From positions 4,864,001-4,928,000 of the forward strand of contig OZ242005.1 of NCBI GenBank assembly GCA_965204725.1: a stretch of 64,000 nucleotides of DNA, written 5' to 3'. The DNA comes from Candidatus Latescibacterota bacterium (lineage in GTDB: Bacteria > Latescibacterota > UBA2968 > UBA8231). Positions within the stretch are counted from its first letter, which is position 1. Every line of letters begins with the position of its first letter. The translations under genes and the position numbers were made by a program. This document shows, in pieces, positions 34,303 to 43,282 of the stretch. The notes beneath the pieces are model-generated. The model did no database searches, had not been told where the DNA came from, and saw only the letters and a list, made by a program, of their open reading frames with translations.

Positions 34303-36426
34303 ATGCGCGGCTTGCTCGTTGCGATTGGATTGGTGGTAGTTCCGCCTAAAGCCTTCGCTTTAACATGGGATTTTGACGACGGCACGACTTGGGGATGGAC
34401 TGCACAAGAGAGCCCTTTAGGCTCTGACCGTGGGACCACCACGGTGTACAGCGAAGTCGAAGACGGCGTCTGGCGCATTGCGCCAGTGCCGAACGGGCTA
34501 AAACCAGCCGTCCGCTTGCTCTCGCCGCTGATTGGGGAGGACTCTAACCTGTTCGACTGGGTCACCCTACGGCTACGCATCATCCATGATTACCCCACCG
34601 AGGGGAACTTCCTGATGACGTGGACCAATACCGAGTACAGACGCCTCAAGAAGGAAGCACCCCGCGAATCAATCAGGTTGGGGTTTTATACGGGCCATTC
34701 TCAACTTTACCCCACCGAATGGGAAAACATCACCATAGATATACGGGCTTTGGAAGCCGCGGCGGAAGCGGACCCAGGAGAAGAGATTACTTGGCAGGAC
34801 ACCCTCCTCCACTTCCAATTCGACCTAGACTTATTGCACCTAGACGACGTATATGTATATGACTTAAAACCGGCGGATCGTCCGGCCTTTGTCGAAGTAG
34901 ATTGGATTCAACTGACGGGGGCCGAAGAACTGCTGCTGGGCGAACTACAGCCCCGGGCGAGCACCGTGGAGGCCGGGTTGCCCGGGACGTTGTTCGCAGA
35001 ACCGCGTTTTTCGGCACTGGGTCAAGAACTCGCAGGCCACATCCTGTATGGTACTTTGGGCGACTTGGACGGCGATGGGGATGACGACTTGGTCGTGGGC
35101 TGGAAAGTGTGGACTACGGGCTGGACTATAGCGACCAGCGACGGCTTGGGGGGCTTGGCCTCCACCCAAGAGGTACTCCTCCCAAACGAGGTTTATCCGA
35201 GGATTGTGGGGGGCGATGTGGACGGTGATGGGCTCCTCGATCTGGCCCTTGATACCGGTCGAACCATCGAATTGTGGCTCAACCGAGGCGAGAATGAATT
35301 TGAAACCATCCTACAGCTATCCGGCGGCTATCTCCTTGGTCTAGCCGATGGCGATGGCGATGGCGATGTGGACCTGTTGGGGGTAGAGGATCTCGACGAC
35401 CGATGGTCTAACGTGACTATGTGGATCAATGACGGTGCGGCCGGGTTTGCCCACAGCGACCAGTTCGTCCTCGACACCCAAGCAGAGCTCGGGGCTTCCC
35501 TGCTGGCAGGACAACCGGAGGGCGAAGCCGTGCGCGTGTTGTGGAACCGACCCTGCTGGAAGCCGGTGGAGACTTGGCGGCTGACCCAGCCGTGGGCAGC
35601 GAGCCAGCCGCCCCCGCTGTTTTTTGAGACCGGGGAGGTCAATCCCTGCGATATGTACCTGCTGACCGATCTGGATGGGGATGGCGCGGTGGAGTTGATC
35701 GGGACGCCCGAACGGAATCTGTATTTAGGCTTTTCTGTGGGCAACACCTACCACGGTTTGGCCCTGTGGCGGGTAGATGCCTCGGGCGGCGTAGAACGCC
35801 ACACCCTACTCGGTCCGCAGGTGATGGTGCCGGATACGGAGGGGGTTATTGCCCACGATCTGACCGGCGATGGCCTTTTGGACTTGGCTGTGCTCGATCT
35901 CAACATAGAGACGGGTCCGGCGCTGATCGTCTTGGTCGGCCAGCGCGCTGGGCTGCCCGTTGTCGAAGGACGCTATCCCCTGCCGGGCATCGGTCGCAAG
36001 GTACTCGCGGGCGATGTCAACGGCGATGGGGCGACCGATCTGGTCGTGCTGGGGCGGAGTCAGCGCGGCGATGGCGAGGCTTCCGTCTTCCTCAACCAAG
36101 GCATTCCCGCCACCGCTATCGCCGCCGAGACGATGTCCATGCCGACGGGGTTTGTCCTTGGGGCGAATTATCCCAACCCGTTCAACCCGGCCACGACCAT
36201 TCCCGTGTCGGTGGCGGCGGGTGCGGGCGAGGTCGATTTAACCATCTACAATGTCTTGGGACAGCCGGTGCGTCGAGTGTGGAACGGTTCGTTGGCGGCG
36301 GGCGAACACCGGCTGGCTTGGGATGGCCAAGACGCACAGGGCCAACTCGTCGCTGCTGGAGTCTATTTGTATCGGTTGCAGGTCGGCGACCAGACGCGCA
36401 TTCGCAAGATGGTCAAAATCGAATAG
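34303..36426 (+). CDS. Secreted FG-GAP/VCBS repeat protein F4 with FlgD-type tail
   Basis: Paralog of F1-F3; start set by the GGAGG RBS and by homology. Confidence 0.88.
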   Translation: MRGLLVAIGLVVVPPKAFALTWDFDDGTTWGWTAQESPLGSDRGTTTVYSEVEDGVWRIAPVPNGLKPAVRLLSPLIGEDSNLFDWVTLRLRIIHDYPTEGNFLMTWTNTEYRRLKKEAPRESIRLGFYTGHSQLYPTEWENITIDIRALEAAAEADPGEEITWQDTLLHFQFDLDLLHLDDVYVYDLKPADRPAFVEVDWIQLTGAEELLLGELQPRASTVEAGLPGTLFAEPRFSALGQELAGHILYGTLGDLDGDGDDDLVVGWKVWTTGWTIATSDGLGGLASTQEVLLPNEVYPRIVGGDVDGDGLLDLALDTGRTIELWLNRGENEFETILQLSGGYLLGLADGDGDGDVDLLGVEDLDDRWSNVTMWINDGAAGFAHSDQFVLDTQAELGASLLAGQPEGEAVRVLWNRPCWKPVETWRLTQPWAASQPPPLFFETGEVNPCDMYLLTDLDGDGAVELIGTPERNLYLGFSVGNTYHGLALWRVDASGGVERHTLLGPQVMVPDTEGVIAHDLTGDGLLDLAVLDLNIETGPALIVLVGQRAGLPVVEGRYPLPGIGRKVLAGDVNGDGATDLVVLGRSQRGDGEASVFLNQGIPATAIAAETMSMPTGFVLGANYPNPFNPATTIPVSVAAGAGEVDLTIYNVLGQPVRRVWNGSLAAGEHRLAWDGQDAQGQLVAAGVYLYRLQVGDQTRIRKMVKIE

Positions 36427-36545
36427 GAAGCGGACATGCTGGAAAAATCGCGCCAACCCATAGCGGCTGACTGGCAGCGTTTCATGGAACGATTGAATGA
36501 AAGGACGAAGGGCCACCTTGAACCATTGACCGAAAGGATTTGGTT

Positions 36546-36728
36546 ATGCTTACGTTGACATTACCTGAAGCCGAAAAGCGACAAATTTTGGCGGCCCTCC
36601 AAGTCACCAACTGGCGGGTTTATGGACCGCGGGGAGCGGCTCAGTTGTTGGGTATAAGCCCGGAGAAGCTGCGGTATCGCATGCGCAAGTACGGACTGAA
36701 ACGACCCAAAGCGAAAGCTACCTCGTAA
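36546..36728 (+). CDS. Stand-alone Fis-type HTH protein, paralog of the activator C-terminus
   Basis: EAEKRQILAALQVTNWRVYGPRGAAQLLGISPEKLRYRMRKYGLKRP nearly matches the end of 6794-9949; AAAGGA RBS. Confidence 0.65.
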   Translation: MLTLTLPEAEKRQILAALQVTNWRVYGPRGAAQLLGISPEKLRYRMRKYGLKRPKAKATS

Positions 36729-39700
36729 ATGCCAGCCCAATGGCTTCGCCTCGTGAAGTTTTTGCTCGGCAGTCTCGTCGGATTGCTGTTGAGCGTCTGC
36801 CCTTCGAGCGGAACCGAGCTCGAAGCGGCGAAAGCAAAGCTGCGCGAGCACAATCGGCTGTGGTCATTTGAGGAGGGAGCGATATTTGGCCGAGAATGGG
36901 TGAGCCGGGCGCCGGAGGACGCCGAGCTGCGAGCACTCTATGCGCGTCAGCTACATGGGCAGTTGTACGGACGCCGAGAGATTCAAGAGCAAGCCGACGC
37001 GATCTTGGAACGGGAGCCGGACAACCCGTGGGGGCTCTACGCGCAAGCACTCGCGTTGCTGGCGGACCGAGACTATTCCGAGGCGGCCAAGTCCAGCCTA
37101 CGCGCCTATAGGCGGCAGCCTCGGCCGGAGTTTGCCGCGACGTACCTTCAGTCGTTTCGGTTCAGAACCACAGAAGTGTGGATGGCATTTATAGACTCCG
37201 TGGATGCGGCGACCCTCCAGCATCCCGAAGTCCTCCAAGCCCGTGCGGAACTAGAGTACATGGCTCAGTACATATTGGATGACCCCGCCTATGCGGATAC
37301 GAGCCGAGCTACCTTGGCCCTGCTCCGAGCGCGTTGGCCCGACCACGTCAGCGGCTACGTGCGCGCCGCAGAACAGCTCTCCCAAGCCAATAAGCCAAAG
37401 GAGGCACTCCCGCTGATCGAAGAGGCCGTGCGCCTCGCCCCAAGCTCTGCGGATGTGCGCCATTGGCACTGGCAGCTTCTCAACCAGACGGAGCAGCTCT
37501 CGGTCGCGCAGCGACGCGCCGCCATTGAGGCCAGCATCGCCGCCTATCGGCAGGCCGTGCCGGAGACCATCCGCGGCCTCGCCCTGCTGACCACGACGTA
37601 TCGGAACATCCTCGCGGACGAAGAGCAAGCGGCCGCGTTCGAGGCGAAGCTGCTGGCGCGGGCACCCGCGAGCCACCATGCGTCGCGGATTCACCAAAAG
37701 AAGTTCCAACGGGAGTACCAACGAGTACAGGCCGAGTTGAACCACATCGCCCGCGCCGCGCCGGAGTACCAAGACCAGCTTCGCCTCATCTGCGACGCGG
37801 CCTATCGGTTCCTCGAAAAACCCCTCTACGACGATAGCTTCCGCGAGCCGGCGTACCAAGAGCTCTTCAAGGCCCTAAGCGCCATGAACCCGGTTCCGGC
37901 CGAGGAGCTCGCCGAGGGGGTGCGCGACGTGGTCCAGTACGAGCCGTTCATCAACCCGCGCCTAACGTACAGTGCCCTTGTCTTGATGGCCGACCACACG
38001 CCGTACGCCGAGGAAGCGGCAACAATCACTCAGGGTCTCATACAAGCCGTGCTCGATAGGGCCGAAGAGGAGGCGTGGGGGGAGGGACCGCTAAACTACC
38101 ACTTGCGCTTCGGGTACGACGCCCTCGGGTGGGCTTACTACAAAGCGGGTCGCATCGAGGAAGGCCGCACCGAGCTTGAGCGGGCACTGGAGTTTTCCAA
38201 GAGAAACACCCGTGTGCTCTATCACTTAGGCCAAGTGTTCGAGCAGATGGCGACCGAGGCCGAGGCTCGGGAGGACGGCGAGGCAGCCCGCACTTGGCTC
38301 GACAAGGCGGCCGACACTTACATCGCCGGCCGTGCGGTCCGAACTTGGGGCCCCAACCCCTGCGAGGCGGCCCTAGTCGCGCTGTACGAGCGCAGGAACG
38401 GCTCACGCGAAGGGTTCGACGAGTATCTCGCCGCGCTCCAAGCCGAGGACTCGCCCGGTCCGATCCGCTTAACGCCCAAAATAGACCTCCACCTCGAACC
38501 AACCCCGGTTGAGGGGCTCCCCGACCGTACGCTCAATCTCCCGCCCGGCTTTAAGGTCAAACTCTTCTCCGATCAAGTAGATAAAGCCCGCTTCATGGCT
38601 TGGGACGACCAAGGCGTCCTGCATGTGGCGAATATGAAGCCGCGTGGAAAGAGTCCATGGACCCCAGCCTCCGGCCGGCAAGGCACGGTATTGGCCCTAC
38701 CCGACCGCGACGGCGACGGCCGCGCCGACACCGTGTACAAGGTGGCCGACGATCTCAACTGGCCCCACAGCATCGCCTTCTATCAGGGTGCGCTCTTCGT
38801 CGCCGACGACGATGCCATCTACCGCCTCGAAGACCGGGACGCGGACGGCTTTTACGAGAAACGCGCTGTCTTCGCCGAAGTGCCCGGGTTTATGGGCCGA
38901 GCCTATGAACACGTGACCCATACGCTGGTCTTCGACGAGTCCAACGACAAGCTCTACTTCCACATTGGCGCGGGGTGCGACATCTGCCGCGAAGACGACC
39001 CGGAACGCTCTGCGGTCATCGAGATGAACACCGACGGCACGGGTCGGCGGATTTTTGCTGCTGGACTGCGCAACGCCATCGGCCTCGACTTGCACCCGGT
39101 CACTGGCGAGCTGTGGGGTGCTAACACCGGGCATGACCGCGAGGGGCGGGATCGGCCACCGGAGTGGATCACCCCCCTGCGCGATGGCGGCTTCTATGGC
39201 TGGCCGCTGGCTTATGCCGACCGCGTCTGGACCGATTTCTCCATTCGCGCATACCGAAAGTCCATTTTCCCGCTGACCGGTGCTGATTCGTTGTTGGTTG
39301 CCAACATGGAGCCTCCGGCTGTCCTCATTCCCGCCCACTTGGCACCCATGGCGCTGCACTTCTACGAGCACGACCAGTTTCCCCCTCAGTACAAACACGC
39401 CGCGTTTGTCGCCTGCCGCGCAGGCGCCTTGGGCAGCGATCCGGGCTACAAGGTCATGGCACTCTTTGCCGAGCCGGATGGGTCCAACGCCCGCGTCGCC
39501 GATTTTCTCACCGGCTTCCGGCTCGATTCCAACGAGGAGGCCGGTTGGAGTGCGATTGCTGGTCTTTTCTCTTTTTTTACTGGCAACGTGTGGGGTAAGC
39601 CGGTTGGGCTGACTACGGACGAGGCCGGACGCCTCTACCTGACGAGCGACGAAACCACCCAAGCCATCTTCCGCATTGAGGCCAGCCCCCTCCAAGGCAC

Positions 39701-40001
39701 GTGGGAAAACCCCCCGCCCGATACCCTGCTCGCCGGCGCGTCGCTGGCACTGCGTTCGACGATTCGCCTCCGGCGGCAGGTAGCCGGCGCGGGGCCGGCT
39801 CAGCTAACGGCCGATCTGTCTGCGCTGGGCGGCCCGGCGGCATGGCCGTTGCAACGCATAGACAACCAGACCTATCGCCTCGAAGCCGATCTCTCAGCCG
39901 GCGAGCACAAGGGCCGCAAGAAACTGGTGGTGCATCTCGCCCAAGGCGACGAGGCGACCAAACTGGTGCATTCTGTCGTCTTGTTGCCGAGAGAGGACTA
40001 G
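36729..40001 (+). CDS. Secreted TPR-repeat protein fused to a PQQ-dependent sugar/sorbosone dehydrogenase-like propeller
   Basis: Signal-like N-terminus; TPR helices; LPPGFKVKLF, DRDGDGRAD, GLRNAIGL..HPVTGELW, GGFYGWP, GKPVGL..GRLYLTSD. Confidence 0.78.
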   Translation: MPAQWLRLVKFLLGSLVGLLLSVCPSSGTELEAAKAKLREHNRLWSFEEGAIFGREWVSRAPEDAELRALYARQLHGQLYGRREIQEQADAILEREPDNPWGLYAQALALLADRDYSEAAKSSLRAYRRQPRPEFAATYLQSFRFRTTEVWMAFIDSVDAATLQHPEVLQARAELEYMAQYILDDPAYADTSRATLALLRARWPDHVSGYVRAAEQLSQANKPKEALPLIEEAVRLAPSSADVRHWHWQLLNQTEQLSVAQRRAAIEASIAAYRQAVPETIRGLALLTTTYRNILADEEQAAAFEAKLLARAPASHHASRIHQKKFQREYQRVQAELNHIARAAPEYQDQLRLICDAAYRFLEKPLYDDSFREPAYQELFKALSAMNPVPAEELAEGVRDVVQYEPFINPRLTYSALVLMADHTPYAEEAATITQGLIQAVLDRAEEEAWGEGPLNYHLRFGYDALGWAYYKAGRIEEGRTELERALEFSKRNTRVLYHLGQVFEQMATEAEAREDGEAARTWLDKAADTYIAGRAVRTWGPNPCEAALVALYERRNGSREGFDEYLAALQAEDSPGPIRLTPKIDLHLEPTPVEGLPDRTLNLPPGFKVKLFSDQVDKARFMAWDDQGVLHVANMKPRGKSPWTPASGRQGTVLALPDRDGDGRADTVYKVADDLNWPHSIAFYQGALFVADDDAIYRLEDRDADGFYEKRAVFAEVPGFMGRAYEHVTHTLVFDESNDKLYFHIGAGCDICREDDPERSAVIEMNTDGTGRRIFAAGLRNAIGLDLHPVTGELWGANTGHDREGRDRPPEWITPLRDGGFYGWPLAYADRVWTDFSIRAYRKSIFPLTGADSLLVANMEPPAVLIPAHLAPMALHFYEHDQFPPQYKHAAFVACRAGALGSDPGYKVMALFAEPDGSNARVADFLTGFRLDSNEEAGWSAIAGLFSFFTGNVWGKPVGLTTDEAGRLYLTSDETTQAIFRIEASPLQGTWENPPPDTLLAGASLALRSTIRLRRQVAGAGPAQLTADLSALGGPAAWPLQRIDNQTYRLEADLSAGEHKGRKKLVVHLAQGDEATKLVHSVVLLPRED

Positions 40002-40036
40002 AGGCGTCCGGGATGCCTGACGACGCTAGGGGTGGG

Positions 40037-40063
40037 GTCATTCCCGCGCACGCGGGAATCCAG
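40037..40063. repeat. REP-like palindrome, short form
   Basis: GTCATTCCCGCGCACGCGGGAATCCAG. Confidence 0.75.
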
Positions 40064-40177
40064 AAAAGGACCAAGCCCAATCAGAAACTGAAACCCTAAT
40101 TGTATCGAGTCATTTAGGACTGTTATATAAAAAGTATAGACTGCGCTAGTACTACCGACAAACGCGGAGGACGTACT

Positions 40178-41467
40178 ATGGAACGAAGAGCATTCGTCAA
40201 GGGAATCGCCGCGGCCGCGGCCGCTGTCCCGCTCATGCCCGAGGGGGCCGCAGGGCTGGCCGAGCGGCTCGGCACCCTCAATCGAGACCTAGCCGCCGCT
40301 CGCAGCGCGTCGGCGCGGTGGCAGCGGGTGCGCCGCGAGTTTCGCCTGCACCCCGGCCTAGTGCATCTCAACTGCGGCAGCATTGGAGCGACGCCCCGCG
40401 TGGTGACCGACGCCCTGATCTCGTACCTCGCCGAGTTGGAGGGCAATCCGCTGGCCAATACTTGGGGCGGCCTCGGCAACGAGATGGAAAAGGTGCGGGC
40501 CAAGGGAGCGGAGTTCATTGGGGCCGAGTTGGACGAGGTCGCGCTAACGCGCAACACGACCGAAGGCATGAACCACGTAGCCAGCGGCCTCGACCTGCGG
40601 CCGGGCGACGAGGTGCTAACGACCAATCACGAGCACGGCGGCGGCATGGTCTGCTGGCAGCACTTGGCGCGCACCCGCGGCGTCGTGGTGCGCTATATCA
40701 AAATGCCCAATCCCGTGCGCGATGCCGCCCAGATTCTGCAACGAGTGGAGGATCACCTGACGCCGCGCACCCGCGTGTGCAGCTTCAGCCACATCGACAC
40801 CATCACCGGGTTGCAAATGCCGCTGGCGGCCATTGCCGCGCTCACCCGCCCCCGCGACATCTTGCTGGTATGCGACGGAGCGCAAGCCCCGGGCATGATC
40901 GACGTCAATGTCAAGGGGCTCGGAGTGGATACCTATGCCTCTAGCAGCCACAAGTGGATGCTCGCGCCCAAGGGCACGGGCTTGCTCTACATTCGCAAGG
41001 AAGTGCAAGATCGCGTCCGACCCGCGTTCACGTATTCTGGTTATGGGGCCTACTCCGCCTCGTCCGGCACCCGTAACGTGCCCCAGATCGTCGCCCACGG
41101 GGTAGCGATGGAGTTTCACAACGCCATCGGCCGCTCGCACGTCGAAGCGCGCTGCCGCCAGCTTTGCGGCTACGCCCGCCAGCGCTTAGCGGAAATCCCC
41201 CAACTCGCGCCGATCACTCCTCTCCAGCGCGAGCTTTCCTCGGGCATCGTCAGCTTTTCGCTCGCCAGCGGCCGCCACAGTGCCGTCGTCGCCGCGCTGC
41301 AAAAGCGCAATATCTTCCTCAAGCCAGCGCAGGGTACGTATGCCTATGTGGAGGACGCTGACGTGCCCAAGGAAAGCTACAACGCCCTACGCATCTCCAC
41401 GCACATTTTCAACGACGAGACCGACATCGACCGCGCCATCGAGGCATTGCAGGAAGTCCTCGGCTAG
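40178..41467 (+). CDS. Tat-exported class V PLP enzyme (CefD/cysteine lyase-like)
   Basis: MERRAFVKG; HLNCGSIG, TRNTTEG, DGAQAPG, SSHKW (PLP Lys), LRISTHIFN; no SufS-type RxGxHC. Confidence 0.85.
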   Translation: MERRAFVKGIAAAAAAVPLMPEGAAGLAERLGTLNRDLAAARSASARWQRVRREFRLHPGLVHLNCGSIGATPRVVTDALISYLAELEGNPLANTWGGLGNEMEKVRAKGAEFIGAELDEVALTRNTTEGMNHVASGLDLRPGDEVLTTNHEHGGGMVCWQHLARTRGVVVRYIKMPNPVRDAAQILQRVEDHLTPRTRVCSFSHIDTITGLQMPLAAIAALTRPRDILLVCDGAQAPGMIDVNVKGLGVDTYASSSHKWMLAPKGTGLLYIRKEVQDRVRPAFTYSGYGAYSASSGTRNVPQIVAHGVAMEFHNAIGRSHVEARCRQLCGYARQRLAEIPQLAPITPLQRELSSGIVSFSLASGRHSAVVAALQKRNIFLKPAQGTYAYVEDADVPKESYNALRISTHIFNDETDIDRAIEALQEVLG

Positions 41468-41486
41468 GGAAGCCGCCGGCCGCGCC

Positions 41487-42485
41487 TCAGCGGCGGTTGC
41501 CTCCCTCGGGGCCGATCTCGCCCGCGCTCAGCCCAACGCCCGTGAGCACTTCGCTATAGCCGGGATAGGCGACCGCGTATTGGAAGCCCTCGTTGGTGCC
41601 GGCCGCGCCCACGCGGCCCTGCTTGTCGAGCGCGACGAAGTTGAGGTGCAGCTCCTCGACCGGACGGGGGTCGAGCGCGACGATGCGGCCGATGGTCTCC
41701 ACGCAGGCTTCCTCCGGGTGTAGCCCCGCGCGCATGTATTCGACGACGAGGAAGGTGGCGCAGTAGCGCATGATGTTCTCGCCCAAGCCGGTGGCCCCGG
41801 CCGCGCCCACGCTCCCATCGACGTACAGCCCGCTGCCAATGATCGGGGAGTCGCCGACGCGGCCCGGCAGCTTGTAGCCCCAGCCGCTGGTCGAGCAGCC
41901 GCCAGCGAGCCGCCCCTCGGCGTCGAGGCCCAGCAGGGCGATGGTATCGTGATTGTCGGCCTCGCCCTGCTTTTCTCGCCATTCCTCCCACGCCTCGCGC
42001 CTTTCTTCCGTGAGCAGCTCGACGCTTGCAAAACCCTGCTCCAGCGCGAACTGCCGCGCCCCTTCGCCGACGAGCATGACGTGCTTCGTCGCGTCCATCA
42101 CCCGGCGCGCCACCGAGATCGGGTGCAGGATGCCCTCAATGGCGGCGACGCTGCCGGCGCGTTGCCCCTCGCCGTCCATGATGCAGGCGTCGAGCTGCAC
42201 CACGCCTTGGGCGTTGGGTATGCCCCCCAATCCGACGGATGCGTTGGAAGCGTCGGCCTCGGCGACGTGGATGCCGCGCTCGACCGCGTCGAGGATGGAG
42301 CCGCCCTGTTCGGCGATCCGCAGCGATTGTTCGTTGGCGGCCTTGCCAAAGGGCCAAGTAGCAATAAAGAGGGGGCGAGCCGTGCTCATGGGAAGGTCCT
42401 TTTCGGCGTGCGTTGTCCCGGCCAGCGCTAGGCCGCCAGCGGCTAGCGCGGTCTCGCGCATGAAGCGGCGGCGGCTCAGCGACAT
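41487..42485 (-). CDS. N4-(beta-N-acetylglucosaminyl)-L-asparaginase (Ntn hydrolase), Tat signal
   Basis: SRRRFMR; SVGLGG.PN, LDACIMD, NHDTI cleavage site, STSG, GRVGDSPIIGSG. Confidence 0.88.
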   Translation of the reverse strand: MSLSRRRFMRETALAAGGLALAGTTHAEKDLPMSTARPLFIATWPFGKAANEQSLRIAEQGGSILDAVERGIHVAEADASNASVGLGGIPNAQGVVQLDACIMDGEGQRAGSVAAIEGILHPISVARRVMDATKHVMLVGEGARQFALEQGFASVELLTEERREAWEEWREKQGEADNHDTIALLGLDAEGRLAGGCSTSGWGYKLPGRVGDSPIIGSGLYVDGSVGAAGATGLGENIMRYCATFLVVEYMRAGLHPEEACVETIGRIVALDPRPVEELHLNFVALDKQGRVGAAGTNEGFQYAVAYPGYSEVLTGVGLSAGEIGPEGGNRR

Positions 42486-42559
42486 GGCCTAATCCTCGTC
42501 GCCGCTGTCATGGTGATCGCAGCATGGTCACAAGAGGCACAAAAAGCACAAAGGATGGC

Positions 42560-43015
42560 CTAATTCTCGTCGCCGTCATGGTGGTCGTGCTCGTCGTCGT
42601 CTTTATGGGCAACGGCGGCGATCTCGACGCGAAAGTCGAAGACGAGCTGCGCCCCGCCGGTGCAGGCCCGCGCCGGGAATTGCTCCTTAAAGTACGAGGC
42701 ATAAGCCTTGTTCATCTCGTGGTAGTCCTCGATGTCCGCGAGCCAGACGGTGACGTTGACCAAGTCGTCGAACGCATAGCCGTGCTCTTGGAGTATCCGC
42801 CCGATGTTTTCCATGATCTGGTGGGTCTCGGCCGCGACCGACTCCTTGACGTCAGCGCCGTCGGCCGTGCGGGCAATCTGGCCGCTGATGAAGAGGAAGT
42901 CGCCGGCTTGGCGGGCTGGGCTGAAGGGCAGGGCCTTGAGGGGGACGGCCTCTTGGGCAAAGGCCGGCGCGACTGCGAGCGCGAGAGCAAGCGCGGCGAG
43001 GATACAGCTTTTCAT
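42560..43015 (-). CDS. RidA/YjgF family protein with signal peptide and His/Asp-rich tail
   Basis: MKSCILAALALALAVAPAFA; PFSPA, LFISGQI, MNKAYASYF..FPARAC, VEIAAVA; tail HDHHDG. Confidence 0.85.
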   Translation of the reverse strand: MKSCILAALALALAVAPAFAQEAVPLKALPFSPARQAGDFLFISGQIARTADGADVKESVAAETHQIMENIGRILQEHGYAFDDLVNVTVWLADIEDYHEMNKAYASYFKEQFPARACTGGAQLVFDFRVEIAAVAHKDDDEHDHHDGDEN

Positions 43016-43282
43016 AAGGGGTCTCCTGATTTGGGTTGAAGGCTGTTAATAAGGGGAATAGACCTCAGAGGAACAACGCTTACTTTTCCAAATGCTGCAA
43101 TCGCCCATATTTAAGGAGGTTTCAATGGTTTTGTTTATCGAGCCGCGCCGCGAGTCAGTGACCTCGTCCGCGCCTCCGAGGAGGTCTTTCTATGACGGAC
43201 AGTTCTTCCTGCTCGAGGATGTACCCGCCCGAACCAACGCGGCCCCGGAGACGGTCGCACACCGGCAAAAGAGAATAAAGAC

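Noticed and set aside
6794-36728. Locus as a mobile genomic island
   Set aside because: It looks more G-rich on the plus strand than the flanks by eye, but no integrase, transposase, tRNA or att repeat is visible and composition was not computed.
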